64,000 nucleotides of DNA from an uncultured Oscillospiraceae bacterium (lineage in GTDB: Bacteria > Bacillota > Clostridia > Oscillospirales > Ruminococcaceae), in the NCBI GenBank assembly GCA_964541045.1, contig CAZIOV010000001.1, positions 43,599-107,598 on the forward strand. The letters run 5' to 3'. The position numbers were made by a program, and so were the translations under genes. This document shows positions 27,280 to 37,531 of this stretch, piece after piece (the stretch's first letter is position 1; every line of letters starts with the position of its first letter). The notes under the pieces were generated by a model. It was not told the origin of the DNA. It did not search any database and worked only from the letters and a program-made list of their open reading frames with translations.

Positions 27280-28446
27280 ATGAAAAAAATGCCGCGTTTT
27301 ATTAATACCTTTATTGCGCTGATAATAGTGTTAAGCATCTGTATCAACGTTTTTGCTGATGGTGGGGATATTCCTGCAAACGCCGATGTGAACTTGGTTG
27401 TTCCATACTCCTATGTTTTGATGGAAGGCTCCACAGGGACGCTTTTGTATTCGGACAACGGCAGTGCAGAGTTCATACCTTCGCATTCCTCCAAACTGAT
27501 GACGCTTTTGCTTGTCTGCGAGGCTATAGACAGGGGAGAGCTCACAAAGGAGAGCATTATAACCATTTCCAAGCATGCAAACTCAATGCAAGGTTCACAA
27601 ATATGGCTTGACGCAGGAGAAAAGATTCCGTTGACTGAGCTTGTGACCGCCATAACTGTTGGCAACGCAAATGATGCCTGCGTTGCTCTTGCAGAAGCAG
27701 TTGGAGGAACCGAGGAGGCATTTGTTGAAATGATGAACCAACGTGCCGATGAAATGGGAATGTTGCAGACTCACTACGAAGATTCAACTGGCATTTGTGA
27801 ATTAGGATCGACAACAGCCTGTGATATTGCAATTCTTGCTTCTGCACTTTCAAAATATGATTGGCTGGTTCCCGATTTTACAACATGGATGACAACTGTT
27901 CGCGGAGGAAAAGCCGAGCTTGTTTCCCAGAACAGGCTTATTCGTTCGTTCACCGGAATAACGGGTATGAAGGCCTATTACCACCGCGATTGCGGAAATT
28001 GTCTTATAGCATCTGCCAAACGCGGGGATTTGACAATGATATGCGTAATACTTGGCGATCCGGATGAATTTGAACGTTTCAAAACGGCGAAGGAAAAGCT
28101 TAATATTGGCTTTTTGGCATATACGCTTTTTACTCCGAAAAGAAAAGATATTTTTTTAGAACCGGTTAAAGTCAGCGGCGGGGCTGAGCAAACGGTTGAA
28201 ACCGAGATCCGCGAGCTTGGCTGCTTTATTATGCGCACAGGAAGAATTGATGATATCGAACTGAAAGTTGAATATGACGAGGATATCCGAGCACCGTTAG
28301 AGGCGGGAGACAAAGTAGGCAGGGTGGTTTATTTGCTGGATGGAGAGGAAGTTTACGCCGCAGACATAGTTGCCAAGAGCGAAGTTAAAAGAATGAACGT
28401 ATTTTATGCTCTTGGAAAGATAATAAAATGCATTTTTGCAGATTAG
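27280..28446 (+). CDS. PBP5/DacB-type D-alanyl-D-alanine carboxypeptidase homologue with substituted active-site motifs
   Basis: Signal peptide MKKMPRFINTFIALIIVLSICINVFA. The S11 fold aligns by eye with B. subtilis PBP5, but SxxK reads HSSK, SxN reads NAN and KTG reads KAY. The C-terminal PBP5_C-like domain is present. Confidence 0.7.
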   Translation: MKKMPRFINTFIALIIVLSICINVFADGGDIPANADVNLVVPYSYVLMEGSTGTLLYSDNGSAEFIPSHSSKLMTLLLVCEAIDRGELTKESIITISKHANSMQGSQIWLDAGEKIPLTELVTAITVGNANDACVALAEAVGGTEEAFVEMMNQRADEMGMLQTHYEDSTGICELGSTTACDIAILASALSKYDWLVPDFTTWMTTVRGGKAELVSQNRLIRSFTGITGMKAYYHRDCGNCLIASAKRGDLTMICVILGDPDEFERFKTAKEKLNIGFLAYTLFTPKRKDIFLEPVKVSGGAEQTVETEIRELGCFIMRTGRIDDIELKVEYDEDIRAPLEAGDKVGRVVYLLDGEEVYAADIVAKSEVKRMNVFYALGKIIKCIFAD

Positions 28447-28566
28447 CGCACAGTTTTGAGGCTTGGCTTAATCGCATGTTATATGTATAATATCAATGAA
28501 ATTTGCGGACTGTTGAGGCGTTCACAAAAAATTCGCATATCAAACTAATATTTTTCATAAATTTCC

Positions 28567-28595
28567 TTGCAAAACGTCCTGAATTGTGCTACAAT
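28567..28595 (+). promoter_or_regulatory. Sigma-A promoter candidate for pgi
   Basis: TTGCAA (28567-28572), 17-nt spacer, TACAAT (28590-28595) with an upstream TGtGc. Confidence 0.55.
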
Positions 28596-28629
28596 ATATA
28601 TAATTTCAAAAGAGAGGACTTGACATCGT

Positions 28630-29964
28630 ATGTCTGTAAAATTAATAACCAAGTATGCTGACAAATTTGTTGCCCCGCATGAGCTTGAAGCTGTTAAGGC
28701 GCAGGTATCTGCCGCTCATAACACTTTGGTTTCAAGATCTGGTCTTGGAAACGATTTTCTTGGCTGGGTAGACCTCCCCGTTGATTATGATAAGGAAGAG
28801 TTTGCAAGAATAAAGGCCGCCGCTCAAAGGATAAAGGAAAAGGCGGATATCCTTATTGTTATCGGTATCGGCGGCTCGTACCTCGGTGCAAGAGCGGCTA
28901 TTGAGCTTTTACGTAGTCCGTATTACAACAATCTTAAGAAGGACACTCCCGATATCTACTTTGTAGGAAACAACATAAGCTCAACATATCTTAACGAGAT
29001 TCTTTCAATATGTGATGGCAAAGATATCTGTGTTAATGTCATATCCAAGTCCGGAACGACCACCGAGCCGGCGCTTGCCTTCAGAATCTTCAAAAAGCTT
29101 GTTGAGGATAAGTATGGCAAGGAAGAAGCAAAAACAAGAATATTCGCCACCACCGATAAGGCGAGAGGAACCCTTAAGGAACTTTCAGATGCTGAGGGCT
29201 ATGAAACCTTTGTAATCGCTGACGATGTGGGTGGCAGATATTCCGTTCTTACCGCAGTTGGCCTTCTGCCGATAGCGGTTGCCGGATGCGATATCGATAA
29301 GATAATGGAAGGCGCTCAGGCCGCGAGAGTGGCTTATTCAAATGACGATATGAATGACTGCTATAAGTATGCCGCAATGCGCAACATACTTTACAGAAAG
29401 GGCAAGTCGGTTGAAATGCTTGTATCCTATGAGCCTTCATTTGCTATGATGAATGAATGGTTTAAGCAACTCTATGGCGAAAGTGAGGGCAAGGACCATA
29501 AAGGTATCTTCCCGGCAAGTGCAATATTCTCGACCGACCTTCACTCCATGGGCCAGTTCATTCAAGACGGTTCAAGGATTATGTTTGAAACGGTAGTCAA
29601 TGTTAAGAACCCCAAGCAGGATATGTTCCTGGAGGATGATAAGGAAAATCTTGACGGACTGAACTTCCTTACTAATCAGAATATGTCGGTTGTAAACCGC
29701 AAGGCAATGGAAGGAACCATACTTGCTCATACAGAGGGTGGAGTTCCTAATCTTGTCATCGAAGTGGATAAGCTTGACGAATATAATTTCGGCGAGCTGG
29801 TTTACTTCTTTGAAAGAGCCTGCGCAATTTCCGGTTATATGCTGGGCGTTAATCCCTTCAACCAGCCTGGCGTTGAAAGCTATAAGAAAAACATGTTTGC
29901 TCTTTTGGGCAAGCCGGGATATGAATCTCAGAAAGCTGAGCTTGAAGCTAAGCTCGGATATTGA
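28630..29964 (+). CDS. pgi: Glucose-6-phosphate isomerase (short Firmicute type)
   Basis: [48 protein letters not shown]. Confidence 0.94.
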   Translation: MSVKLITKYADKFVAPHELEAVKAQVSAAHNTLVSRSGLGNDFLGWVDLPVDYDKEEFARIKAAAQRIKEKADILIVIGIGGSYLGARAAIELLRSPYYNNLKKDTPDIYFVGNNISSTYLNEILSICDGKDICVNVISKSGTTTEPALAFRIFKKLVEDKYGKEEAKTRIFATTDKARGTLKELSDAEGYETFVIADDVGGRYSVLTAVGLLPIAVAGCDIDKIMEGAQAARVAYSNDDMNDCYKYAAMRNILYRKGKSVEMLVSYEPSFAMMNEWFKQLYGESEGKDHKGIFPASAIFSTDLHSMGQFIQDGSRIMFETVVNVKNPKQDMFLEDDKENLDGLNFLTNQNMSVVNRKAMEGTILAHTEGGVPNLVIEVDKLDEYNFGELVYFFERACAISGYMLGVNPFNQPGVESYKKNMFALLGKPGYESQKAELEAKLGY

Positions 29965-30064
29965 TTACGGCTCCAAAGACCTTGCTGGCACAGCTGCGCA
30001 AAGTCTGCCGGCAGGCTTGGAATAATGAAGAATAAGCCCCGCAGGGCGGAAACGGAGTATTGTT

Positions 30065-30469
30065 ATGATTAAGTTAATAACAGGAAAGAAAGGTTCTGGC
30101 AAAACTAAAATTCTGGTCGATATGATCAAGAATGCTGCAGAAAACACAAACGGAAATGTTGTCTGCATCGAAAAGAGCATGCAGCTCACTTATGACATTC
30201 CTTACAGCGTTCGCTTGGTTGATGTTGACGGCTACAAGATTGACAGCTTTGATAAGTTCTATGGCTTCATTGCCGGAACTGTTGCATCTAACTATGATAT
30301 TAAGGAAGTGTTTGTTGACGGTATACTTAAAATCGGCGGCAGAAACTATGACGAGCTTGCCGAGCTTCTGGACAAGGTTAATAATATCGCCAAGGATATA
30401 GAAGTGGTATTTACTGTGTCTGAGGACAACGAAAATCTTCCGGAAGGTGTTAAGAAATACATGGCTTAA
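30065..30469 (+). CDS. Small P-loop NTPase-like protein (134 aa, uncharacterised)
   Basis: Walker A TGKKGSGKTK at residues 6-15. Possible Walker B VFVDG. Family not recognised. Confidence 0.45.
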   Translation: MIKLITGKKGSGKTKILVDMIKNAAENTNGNVVCIEKSMQLTYDIPYSVRLVDVDGYKIDSFDKFYGFIAGTVASNYDIKEVFVDGILKIGGRNYDELAELLDKVNNIAKDIEVVFTVSEDNENLPEGVKKYMA

Positions 30470-30521
30470 TGCCGAAAATTTCTGATATTGTTTTATATCG
30501 ATAAAAAATCGTTCAAAGATA

Positions 30522-30550
30522 TTGACAATTTGATTTTGTTAAAGTATAAT
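30522..30550 (+). promoter_or_regulatory. Consensus sigma-A promoter for yceD-rpmF
   Basis: TTGACA (30522-30527), 17-nt spacer, TATAAT (30545-30550). Confidence 0.7.
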
Positions 30551-30575
30551 ATTATGTGATATTCTGAGGTGAAAC

Positions 30576-31049
30576 GTGTTACTTAAGCTGAAACAGCTGT
30601 TCGATAGGGACGGCGACAGGAAAGATTTGCATCTGGATATTCCTTTAGAGGAATTGGGAATATACTCAGGCTTTGGAACATTCGTTACACCGATATCGCT
30701 AAGGGGCAGAATCGAGAACCGCGCCGGCGTTGTTACAATGCGGTATAACTCGCGCTTTAAGATTTGTCATCTGTGCGACAGATGTCTTAACGAATTTGAT
30801 CGCGAGTATAGCATGGACTTTGAACATATACTCATCAGAACCGAAAGCGAAGATGATGATATATATGTTTGGTGTCCTGATGATACTCTTGATGTGAATG
30901 AGTTGGCTATTTCAGATTTACTGCTTTCGCTGCCATCCAAAATTCTTTGCAAGGAAGACTGCAAGGGCTTGTGCCCCGTATGCGGCAAAAATCTTAACAC
31001 AGGAAGCTGCGGATGCTCGGCGAGGACGAGCGGTGATTCAAATGATTAA
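30576..31049 (+). CDS. yceD: YceD-family (DUF177) protein
   Basis: GTG start. Conserved position upstream of rpmF. C-terminal CKEDCKGLCPVCGKNLN...CGC motif. Confidence 0.85.
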   Translation: MLLKLKQLFDRDGDRKDLHLDIPLEELGIYSGFGTFVTPISLRGRIENRAGVVTMRYNSRFKICHLCDRCLNEFDREYSMDFEHILIRTESEDDDIYVWCPDDTLDVNELAISDLLLSLPSKILCKEDCKGLCPVCGKNLNTGSCGCSARTSGDSND

Positions 31050-31072
31050 TTCGGGTAGAGGAGGTGCTGAAA

Positions 31073-31261
31073 ATGGCAGTACCGAAGAGAAAAGTCTCCA
31101 AGGCAAGAAGAGATAAGAGACGTTCAAACGTTTGGAAGCTTGACGCTCCAGCTCTTTCAAGATGCACTAACTGCGGGGCTTTAACTTCCCCTCATAAGGT
31201 TTGCAGCAATTGCGGCTACTACAAGGGCGTTGAGGTTATCAAAATCAAGAAAGAAGCTTAG
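31073..31261 (+). CDS. rpmF: 50S ribosomal protein L32
   Basis: MAVPKRKVSKARRDKRRS...C..CG...PHKVCSNCGYYKG. GGAGGTG RBS. Confidence 0.93.
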   Translation: MAVPKRKVSKARRDKRRSNVWKLDAPALSRCTNCGALTSPHKVCSNCGYYKGVEVIKIKKEA

Positions 31262-31270
31262 TCTTCTTCA

Positions 31271-31308
31271 AAATCAGAGAAGGAGCGAATCCTTCTCTGA
31301 TTTTTTTC
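31271..31308 (+). terminator. Rho-independent terminator after rpmF
   Basis: aaatcagagaagg (31271-31283) pairs with ccttctctgattt (31291-31303), followed by a T-run. Confidence 0.85.
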
Positions 31309-31426
31309 TTTAAGCTTTTGCCTTATAGCATCCGAAATCTGGTCTATAATTTTTGATTTTTTGCATATAGCTATTGCGCCTATTGTGCTGTATGCTTTAA
31401 TAATTTTAATTAAGGAGGGCGGAATT

Positions 31427-32758
31427 ATGGCGTTACCGATTGTCGCCGTTGTCGGCAGACCTAACGTTGGAAAGTCCACTCTTTTCAATAAGCTCATAGG
31501 CAAGCGTCTTTCGATAGTTGAAGATACCCCTGGCGTCACAAGAGATCGTATATATGCGAAATGCGAGTGGCTTGGCCATGAATTTATGCTTGTAGATACT
31601 GGCGGAATAGAGCCGATGTCTAACGATACGATACTTGTTCAGATGCGCCGTCAGGCGGAAATCGCAATAGACAAGGCGCAGGTAATAATACTCGTTACAG
31701 ACATAAAAAACGGAGTAACTGCGAATGATTATGAGGTTGCTTCTATGCTTCAAAAGTCCGGAAAGCCGATTGTTTTGTGCGTAAACAAGTGTGACAAGCT
31801 TGGTGAGCCTGCACCGGAGTTTTATGAGTTCTTTAATCTTGGACTTGGCGACCCGGTGGAAGTGTCAAGCGTCCACGGTTACGGCACCGGCGACCTTTTG
31901 GACAGGGTTTTGGAGTTCCTTCCAAAAGAAGAAGGTGAGGACGATTCTGATTACATCAGAGTTGCGGTTATAGGCAAGCCAAACGTCGGAAAGTCCTCAA
32001 TAATCAACTGTATTGCTGGTGAGGAAAGGGCTATTGTTTCGGATATAGCCGGAACCACCCGCGATTCTACCGATACGACGGTTGAAAACGAATGGGGAAA
32101 ATACATTTTTGTGGATACCGCCGGGATACGCAAAAAGTCAAAGGTTTATGAGAATATCGAGCATTACAGTGTTCTGAGATCTTATATGGCGGTGGACGAA
32201 GCTCAGGTTGCGGTTATAGTTATCGACGCTTCGGTTGGATTTACCGAACAGGATTCAAAGGTTGCAGGTTATGCCCATGAGCAGGGAAAAGGCTGCATTG
32301 TAGCTGTTAACAAGTGGGATGCTGTTAACAAGGACGGCGACACTATGCGTAAATTTACCGATGAGCTCAAAGTCAAGCTCGGATTTATGGATTATGTGCC
32401 TTTTGTTTTTGTGTCCGCAAAAACGGGTCAGCGGATAAATAAGCTTTTTGAGCTGATTAACCTTGTATATATGAATAACAGTATGCGAATATCAACAGGC
32501 AAACTCAACGATATTTTGGCATATGCAACTTCGAGAGTTCAGCCGCCGTCTGACAAGGGCAAACGGCTGAAGATATATTATATGACTCAGCCTGCAACAA
32601 ATCCGCCTTCTTTTGTTGTTTTTGTTAATTCGATGGATCTGTTTCATTTTTCTTATCGCAGGTATCTTGAAAATCAGATAAGAGATACCTTCGGAGGCTT
32701 GGAAGGAACTCCCGTTCGCTTCATAGTAAGGGAAAGGGATTCGTCTGACACTAAATAA
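31427..32758 (+). CDS. der: Ribosome biogenesis GTPase Der (EngA)
   Basis: Tandem G domains GRPNVGKST and GKPNVGKSS, plus a KH-like C-terminus. AAGGAGGG RBS precedes the ATG at 31427. Confidence 0.94.
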   Translation: MALPIVAVVGRPNVGKSTLFNKLIGKRLSIVEDTPGVTRDRIYAKCEWLGHEFMLVDTGGIEPMSNDTILVQMRRQAEIAIDKAQVIILVTDIKNGVTANDYEVASMLQKSGKPIVLCVNKCDKLGEPAPEFYEFFNLGLGDPVEVSSVHGYGTGDLLDRVLEFLPKEEGEDDSDYIRVAVIGKPNVGKSSIINCIAGEERAIVSDIAGTTRDSTDTTVENEWGKYIFVDTAGIRKKSKVYENIEHYSVLRSYMAVDEAQVAVIVIDASVGFTEQDSKVAGYAHEQGKGCIVAVNKWDAVNKDGDTMRKFTDELKVKLGFMDYVPFVFVSAKTGQRINKLFELINLVYMNNSMRISTGKLNDILAYATSRVQPPSDKGKRLKIYYMTQPATNPPSFVVFVNSMDLFHFSYRRYLENQIRDTFGGLEGTPVRFIVRERDSSDTK

Positions 32759-32780
32759 TTGACGTAAGGATAAAGGATAT

Positions 32781-33458
32781 ATGACGTATTATGTCGCGCT
32801 GGCTGTCGCAGCGCTGATTTGCTATTTTCTCGGCAGTATGAATACGGCTATTATAACGGTATTCCTTATAAAGCGAAAGGATATAAGAGAGTATGGAAGC
32901 GGAAATGCCGGCCTGACGAATGTTTATCGCTGCTTCGGATCTCTGTGTGCTGCTGTTACCGTCGTTTTGGACGTCTTAAAGAGCATTTTGATAATCTATG
33001 GCACAAAGTGGTTCTTATTTGGATCCGGAATTGCTACCAGTGCAGGACATGATGCTTTATCGGCCTGCCTGATTGCAACTCTTGCCGCCGTTGTTGGGCA
33101 TGTTTTTCCGGTTTTTTATCGGTTTAAGGGTGGAAAGGGAATATTAATAGCAGCAATGTGTATGCTGTTTTCAGACCCTGTTGTGTTTGCCTGCGAGGCA
33201 GTGATTTTCTTTGCGTTTGTTGGAATTACAAGATATATTTCAGTCGGATCTATGGCTGCATGCATTGGTTTTCCGGTGTTTATGTTTATCATCGATATAC
33301 TCACACTTGATGACAAGGCCTTTATGCCTATGCATGTTGTTATTGCATTTGCAATTGGCACTCTTTGTTTTGCTAAGCATTGGCCAAACATTCAAAGGTT
33401 GCGAAGCCATACTGAAAATAAGTTCACTATAAAAAAGAAGAGCAAGGGGGAGGTCTGA
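32781..33458 (+). CDS. plsY: Glycerol-3-phosphate acyltransferase PlsY
   Basis: GSGNAGLTNVYR, FKGGKG, multi-pass membrane protein, der-plsY-gpsA context. Confidence 0.92.
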   Translation: MTYYVALAVAALICYFLGSMNTAIITVFLIKRKDIREYGSGNAGLTNVYRCFGSLCAAVTVVLDVLKSILIIYGTKWFLFGSGIATSAGHDALSACLIATLAAVVGHVFPVFYRFKGGKGILIAAMCMLFSDPVVFACEAVIFFAFVGITRYISVGSMAACIGFPVFMFIIDILTLDDKAFMPMHVVIAFAIGTLCFAKHWPNIQRLRSHTENKFTIKKKSKGEV

Positions 33459-33464
33459 GCTGCA

Positions 33465-34445
33465 ATGAAAATAGCGATACTCGGTTCCGGTGGATGGGGC
33501 TTGGCTCTTGCCTGCACATGTGCAAGGCTTGGGCATGATGTTACTGTATGGAGTAAATTTCAGGATGAAATCGATGCTATTGCTCGTACCGGTGAACTAA
33601 GGGCAAAGCTGCCGGGAGTTATAATTCCGAAAACTGTTAAGCTTACAACAGATATTTCCTGCGCTCAGGATAAGGATATTGTGCTAATTGGAATACCGGT
33701 CAAGTTCGTTAGGGACGTTTGCAACCAGGCTAAGCCTTATGTCAGCAAGAATTCAATCATGGTTTCGACCTCGAAGGGCCTTGAAGACGGAAGCCTGAAG
33801 CGCATGAGCGAGATAATAAAGGAGATATTTGCAGATAATACTGTTGCGGTTTTAACGGGGCCTTCTCACGCTGAAGAGCTCGGCAGAGGTATACCCACTG
33901 CTGTTGTTGCTGCTTCCGGGGATACCGAGGCCGCTAAGCTGATTCAGAAGACTTTTTCGGATAACGTTTTAAGAATTTATGTAAACAGTGATGTTATTGG
34001 CTGCGAAATAGGCGGAGCAATAAAAAATGTTATTGCTCTGTGTTGCGGAGTAATAGAAGGTCTTGGCTTGGGTGACAATACCCGTGCCGCACTGATGACA
34101 AGGGGGCTTAGCGAAATAACCCGTCTTGGCACTGCTATGGGAGGCAAAGCGGACACGTTTTCAGGTCTTGCTGGGGTTGGTGACCTGATAGTTACCTGCA
34201 CCAGTATGCACTCGCGTAATTATCGTGCAGGAATACTTATAGGACAAGGTGTTCCGCCCGAAACAGCAGTTTTGAGAGTTGGAACGGTAGAAGGCTATGC
34301 CTGCGCAGCGGCTGCTTTAAAGCTTGCGAAGAAATATGGCGTTAATATGCCTATAACTGAGGAAATTAACAGAATACTGTTTGATGGCAAATCCCCCAAG
34401 TCGGCTATAGGCGATTTGATGGGAAGGCCTTACGGCTTTGAATAA
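33465..34445 (+). CDS. gpsA: NAD(P)H-dependent glycerol-3-phosphate dehydrogenase
   Basis: MKIAILGSGGWGLAL, GPSHAEE, GGAIKNVIAL, SRNYRAG. Confidence 0.94.
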   Translation: MKIAILGSGGWGLALACTCARLGHDVTVWSKFQDEIDAIARTGELRAKLPGVIIPKTVKLTTDISCAQDKDIVLIGIPVKFVRDVCNQAKPYVSKNSIMVSTSKGLEDGSLKRMSEIIKEIFADNTVAVLTGPSHAEELGRGIPTAVVAASGDTEAAKLIQKTFSDNVLRIYVNSDVIGCEIGGAIKNVIALCCGVIEGLGLGDNTRAALMTRGLSEITRLGTAMGGKADTFSGLAGVGDLIVTCTSMHSRNYRAGILIGQGVPPETAVLRVGTVEGYACAAAALKLAKKYGVNMPITEEINRILFDGKSPKSAIGDLMGRPYGFE

Positions 34446-34484
34446 TAGTTTCGCAGTTTTTTGAGGGAAAATGAAGAAAAACTA

Positions 34485-34513
34485 TTTACAATCGTGCGCT
34501 TTTAAGGTACAAT
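34485..34513 (+). promoter_or_regulatory. Sigma-A promoter candidate for pyrH-frr
   Basis: TTTACA (34485-34490), 17-nt spacer, TACAAT (34508-34513). Confidence 0.5.
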
Positions 34514-34568
34514 ATAAAAAGATATGTATGACTGTATGTCATATTAAATGTTCGGAGGTATAAAGAAT

Positions 34569-35273
34569 ATGGAGCCTAAGTATAAGAGGATTCTTCTAAA
34601 ACTCAGCGGTGAAGCCCTTGCAGGCAATAAAAAAACTGGCCTTGATTTCGACACTATCAACAATATCTGCCGCAGCATTAAAAAATGCTATGACGCCGGG
34701 GTTCAGGTTGCAATTGTCGTCGGAGGCGGAAACTTCTGGAGGGGCCGGTCAAGCGGAGCTATGGACAGAACCCGTGCCGACCATATAGGAATGCTGGCAA
34801 CCTCAATGAACGCCCTTGCTGTTGCAGACTCACTTGAAGCTCTCGGAGCGGAGGTAAGGGTGCAGACGGCTATAGAAATGCGCCAGATTGCGGAGCCGTA
34901 CATCAGAAACAGAGCGGTGAGGCACCTTGAAAAGGGCAGAATAGTTATCTTTGGTTGCGGAACCGGAAGCCCGTTTTTCTCTACTGATACTGCATCGTCC
35001 TTGAGAGCTGCTGAAATAGAAGCGGACGTTATGCTCAAGGCAACTATGGTAGACGGTGTATATGATAAAGATCCGCATAAGTACCCTGACGCTGTGAAGT
35101 ATGATACCTTGTCACTTGATGAAGTACTGGTTAAGAATCTCGCGGTTATGGACAGCACATCAGCTGCAATGTGCAAGGATAATAACATCCCGATAATAGT
35201 ATTCAATCTTGCGCGCCCCGATAATATTTATGACGCTTGCATGGGTGAGAATGTTGGAACGCTTGTAAAATAA
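34569..35273 (+). CDS. pyrH: UMP kinase
   Basis: [33 protein letters not shown] precedes the ATG at 34569. Confidence 0.95.
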   Translation: MEPKYKRILLKLSGEALAGNKKTGLDFDTINNICRSIKKCYDAGVQVAIVVGGGNFWRGRSSGAMDRTRADHIGMLATSMNALAVADSLEALGAEVRVQTAIEMRQIAEPYIRNRAVRHLEKGRIVIFGCGTGSPFFSTDTASSLRAAEIEADVMLKATMVDGVYDKDPHKYPDAVKYDTLSLDEVLVKNLAVMDSTSAAMCKDNNIPIIVFNLARPDNIYDACMGENVGTLVK

Positions 35274-35305
35274 ACCCTACTATAATTTGAAAGGAAGGCA
35301 TATTT

Positions 35306-35860
35306 ATGAAAGAAGTACTTAATACCGCTAAGGAAAAGATGGAGAAGACTTTAAAAGTCCTCGGATCAGATTTTGCTGCCGTTAGAGCAGGAAGAGCAAA
35401 TCCCGCAGTTTTAGACAGAATACATGTAGATTATTATGGAACACCTACACCCATCAATCAGATGGCGGCTGTTTCCGTTCAGGACGCAAGAATGCTCATT
35501 ATTCAGCCCTGGGATAAATCAAGCCTTAAGGCTATAGAAAAGGCAATTCAGGCGAGCGATTTGGGAATAAACCCCGCTAATGACGGCTCTGTCATCAGAC
35601 TCGCTTTTCCGCAGCTCACCGAAGAAAGACGTAAAGAGCTTTGCAAGGAAATTAAGAAGATGGGTGAGGAATCAAAGGTCGCGGTTCGCGCCATCAGAAG
35701 GGACGCTAATGATAAAGTAAAGGCGATGAAGAAGGAAGGCGAGCTTACTGAGGATGATGTTAAGCAGTTCGACAAGGACATTCAGAAGCTAACTGACAAA
35801 TATATTGAAGCTGTTGACAGTGCTGTTTCAGTGAAGGAAAAGGAAATACTTTCTATTTGA
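35306..35860 (+). CDS. frr: Ribosome recycling factor
   Basis: RAGRANPAVLDRIHVDYYGTPTPINQ...PQLTEERRKEL. Confidence 0.96.
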   Translation: MKEVLNTAKEKMEKTLKVLGSDFAAVRAGRANPAVLDRIHVDYYGTPTPINQMAAVSVQDARMLIIQPWDKSSLKAIEKAIQASDLGINPANDGSVIRLAFPQLTEERRKELCKEIKKMGEESKVAVRAIRRDANDKVKAMKKEGELTEDDVKQFDKDIQKLTDKYIEAVDSAVSVKEKEILSI

Positions 35861-35938
35861 TTTATTTATTCGGGCAGCTCTGCTACTATATGCAGGGCTG
35901 TTCGGCAATGTATATTAGCTTGATTCGGAGGAAGCAAA

Positions 35939-36658
35939 GTGGCAGATGAAGACTTGAAAATACCGCGCCATGTCGCAATTATAATGGATGGCAACGGCAG
36001 GTGGGCGAAAAAGAGAATGATGCCAAGAACCTACGGCCACAGAGAGGGCGTTAAGTCGCTGCAGACTGTTATCAGGTCTCTTGAACGGCATGGCGTTGAG
36101 TATGCAACGTTTTACGCTTTCTCCACAGAAAACTGGAGCCGCCCGGATGATGAGGTTTCGGAGCTTATGAGAATTTTTAACGAACAGCTTGATAATCTTA
36201 CGAAATACGCCAGCGACAATATAAGGCTTAGATTCATCGGCGACAGAACCAAGTTTTCAGACGACCTTCAGAAAAAGATGGCATATTATGAGCAGCAGTC
36301 TGCTGAAAAAACAGGCATGACCGTTATAATTGCCATAAACTACGGTGGATATGATGAAATCTGTCGCGCGATTGCTAAAATATGCGAGCTTGCTAAAGAA
36401 GGATATGTTTCCCCAAAAGATATAACCCCAGGATTCTTTCAGTCGTTTTTAGATACAGCAGATATGCCGAACGTTGATCTGCTGATCAGGACCGGCGGCG
36501 AAATGCGCCTTTCAAATTTTCTGCTATGGCAGGCATCTTATGCAGAACTGTATTTTTGCGATACTTTGTGGCCTGATTTTAATGAGAAATCAGTTATGGC
36601 TGCTATAAAGGAATATTCATCCAGAGATAGAAGATTTGGCGGAGTAAAGACCACCTGA
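35939..36658 (+). CDS. uppS: Isoprenyl transferase (undecaprenyl-diphosphate synthase)
   Basis: HVAIIMDGNGRWA, AFSTENWSRP, RTGGEMRLSNFLLWQ. GTG start after GGAGGAAG. Confidence 0.93.
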   Translation: MADEDLKIPRHVAIIMDGNGRWAKKRMMPRTYGHREGVKSLQTVIRSLERHGVEYATFYAFSTENWSRPDDEVSELMRIFNEQLDNLTKYASDNIRLRFIGDRTKFSDDLQKKMAYYEQQSAEKTGMTVIIAINYGGYDEICRAIAKICELAKEGYVSPKDITPGFFQSFLDTADMPNVDLLIRTGGEMRLSNFLLWQASYAELYFCDTLWPDFNEKSVMAAIKEYSSRDRRFGGVKTT

Positions 36659-36673
36659 TAAAAGGACAATGCA

Positions 36674-37513
36674 ATGAAAACCAGAATTATTTCAGCGGCA
36701 GTTGCAATCGTTTTGCTTATATTGCTTCTGCTTTTGCACGATACAGTAGTATTCAATATAGCTTTCGCTTTAATAGGCTCTTTGATGGTTTATGAACTGT
36801 TCGGCGCTTATAAGGAAAGAAACAGAACCTGCTTCATAGTCTTAAGCATTGCCATTACCGCTTTGCTCGCTGTTATTCCAAGATTTTTGGACTATAATGA
36901 CTATTTCGGAATATATATTTTATGTATTCTTGCATATATATGCGTGTCGGCTGCAATACTTTTAAAGGAGCATAAATCGCTTGAAATCGGCAGGTTTGCA
37001 ACGCTGTGCGGGTATACACTTATTATTGCAGTAATGTGTGCTTCAATCTCACTTATAGAAACCGCAGATTCCGAGTTTGGCCTTGAAAACCTAATAATTA
37101 CATTCTGTGGCGCATGGCTTGCGGATACAGGCGCTTATTTTGTCGGCACATTTTTCGGCAAACACAAGCTTTGTCCTGAAATAAGCCCCAAAAAAACAGT
37201 TGAGGGCTTTATTGGCGGAATCGTGTCAAATGCTTTGCTTATGTTGTTTGTTGGATATGTTATTTCACTGTTTAGCAAAGGTTTGAGCGTTAACTACATC
37301 CTTTTGGCAGTTCTTGGCCTAGTCTGCGCCGTGCTGGCGGTTATCGGCGATCTGATAGCTTCACTGATTAAACGTCAGTGTGGTATTAAGGATTTTGGAA
37401 AGATAATGCCGGGGCACGGCGGCGCTCTTGACAGGTTCGACAGTATGGTGTTCGTTGCGCCGTTTATGGCAACGGCGCTCAGCATGATAAGTGTATTTAA
37501 AACGCTGGTTTAA
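36674..37513 (+). CDS. cdsA: Phosphatidate cytidylyltransferase
   Basis: DTGAYFVGTFFGKHKL.P.ISPKKTVEG and GDL..S..KR..GIKDFG..MPGHGG.LDRFDS. Confidence 0.92.
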   Translation: MKTRIISAAVAIVLLILLLLLHDTVVFNIAFALIGSLMVYELFGAYKERNRTCFIVLSIAITALLAVIPRFLDYNDYFGIYILCILAYICVSAAILLKEHKSLEIGRFATLCGYTLIIAVMCASISLIETADSEFGLENLIITFCGAWLADTGAYFVGTFFGKHKLCPEISPKKTVEGFIGGIVSNALLMLFVGYVISLFSKGLSVNYILLAVLGLVCAVLAVIGDLIASLIKRQCGIKDFGKIMPGHGGALDRFDSMVFVAPFMATALSMISVFKTLV

Positions 37514-37531
37514 AGGAGTGTGGCAGGCGGT

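Noticed and set aside
34703-35206. 167-aa minus-strand ORF.
   Set aside because: It is antisense to pyrH. The Ser/Ala/Thr-rich translation is typical of a reverse-frame artefact.
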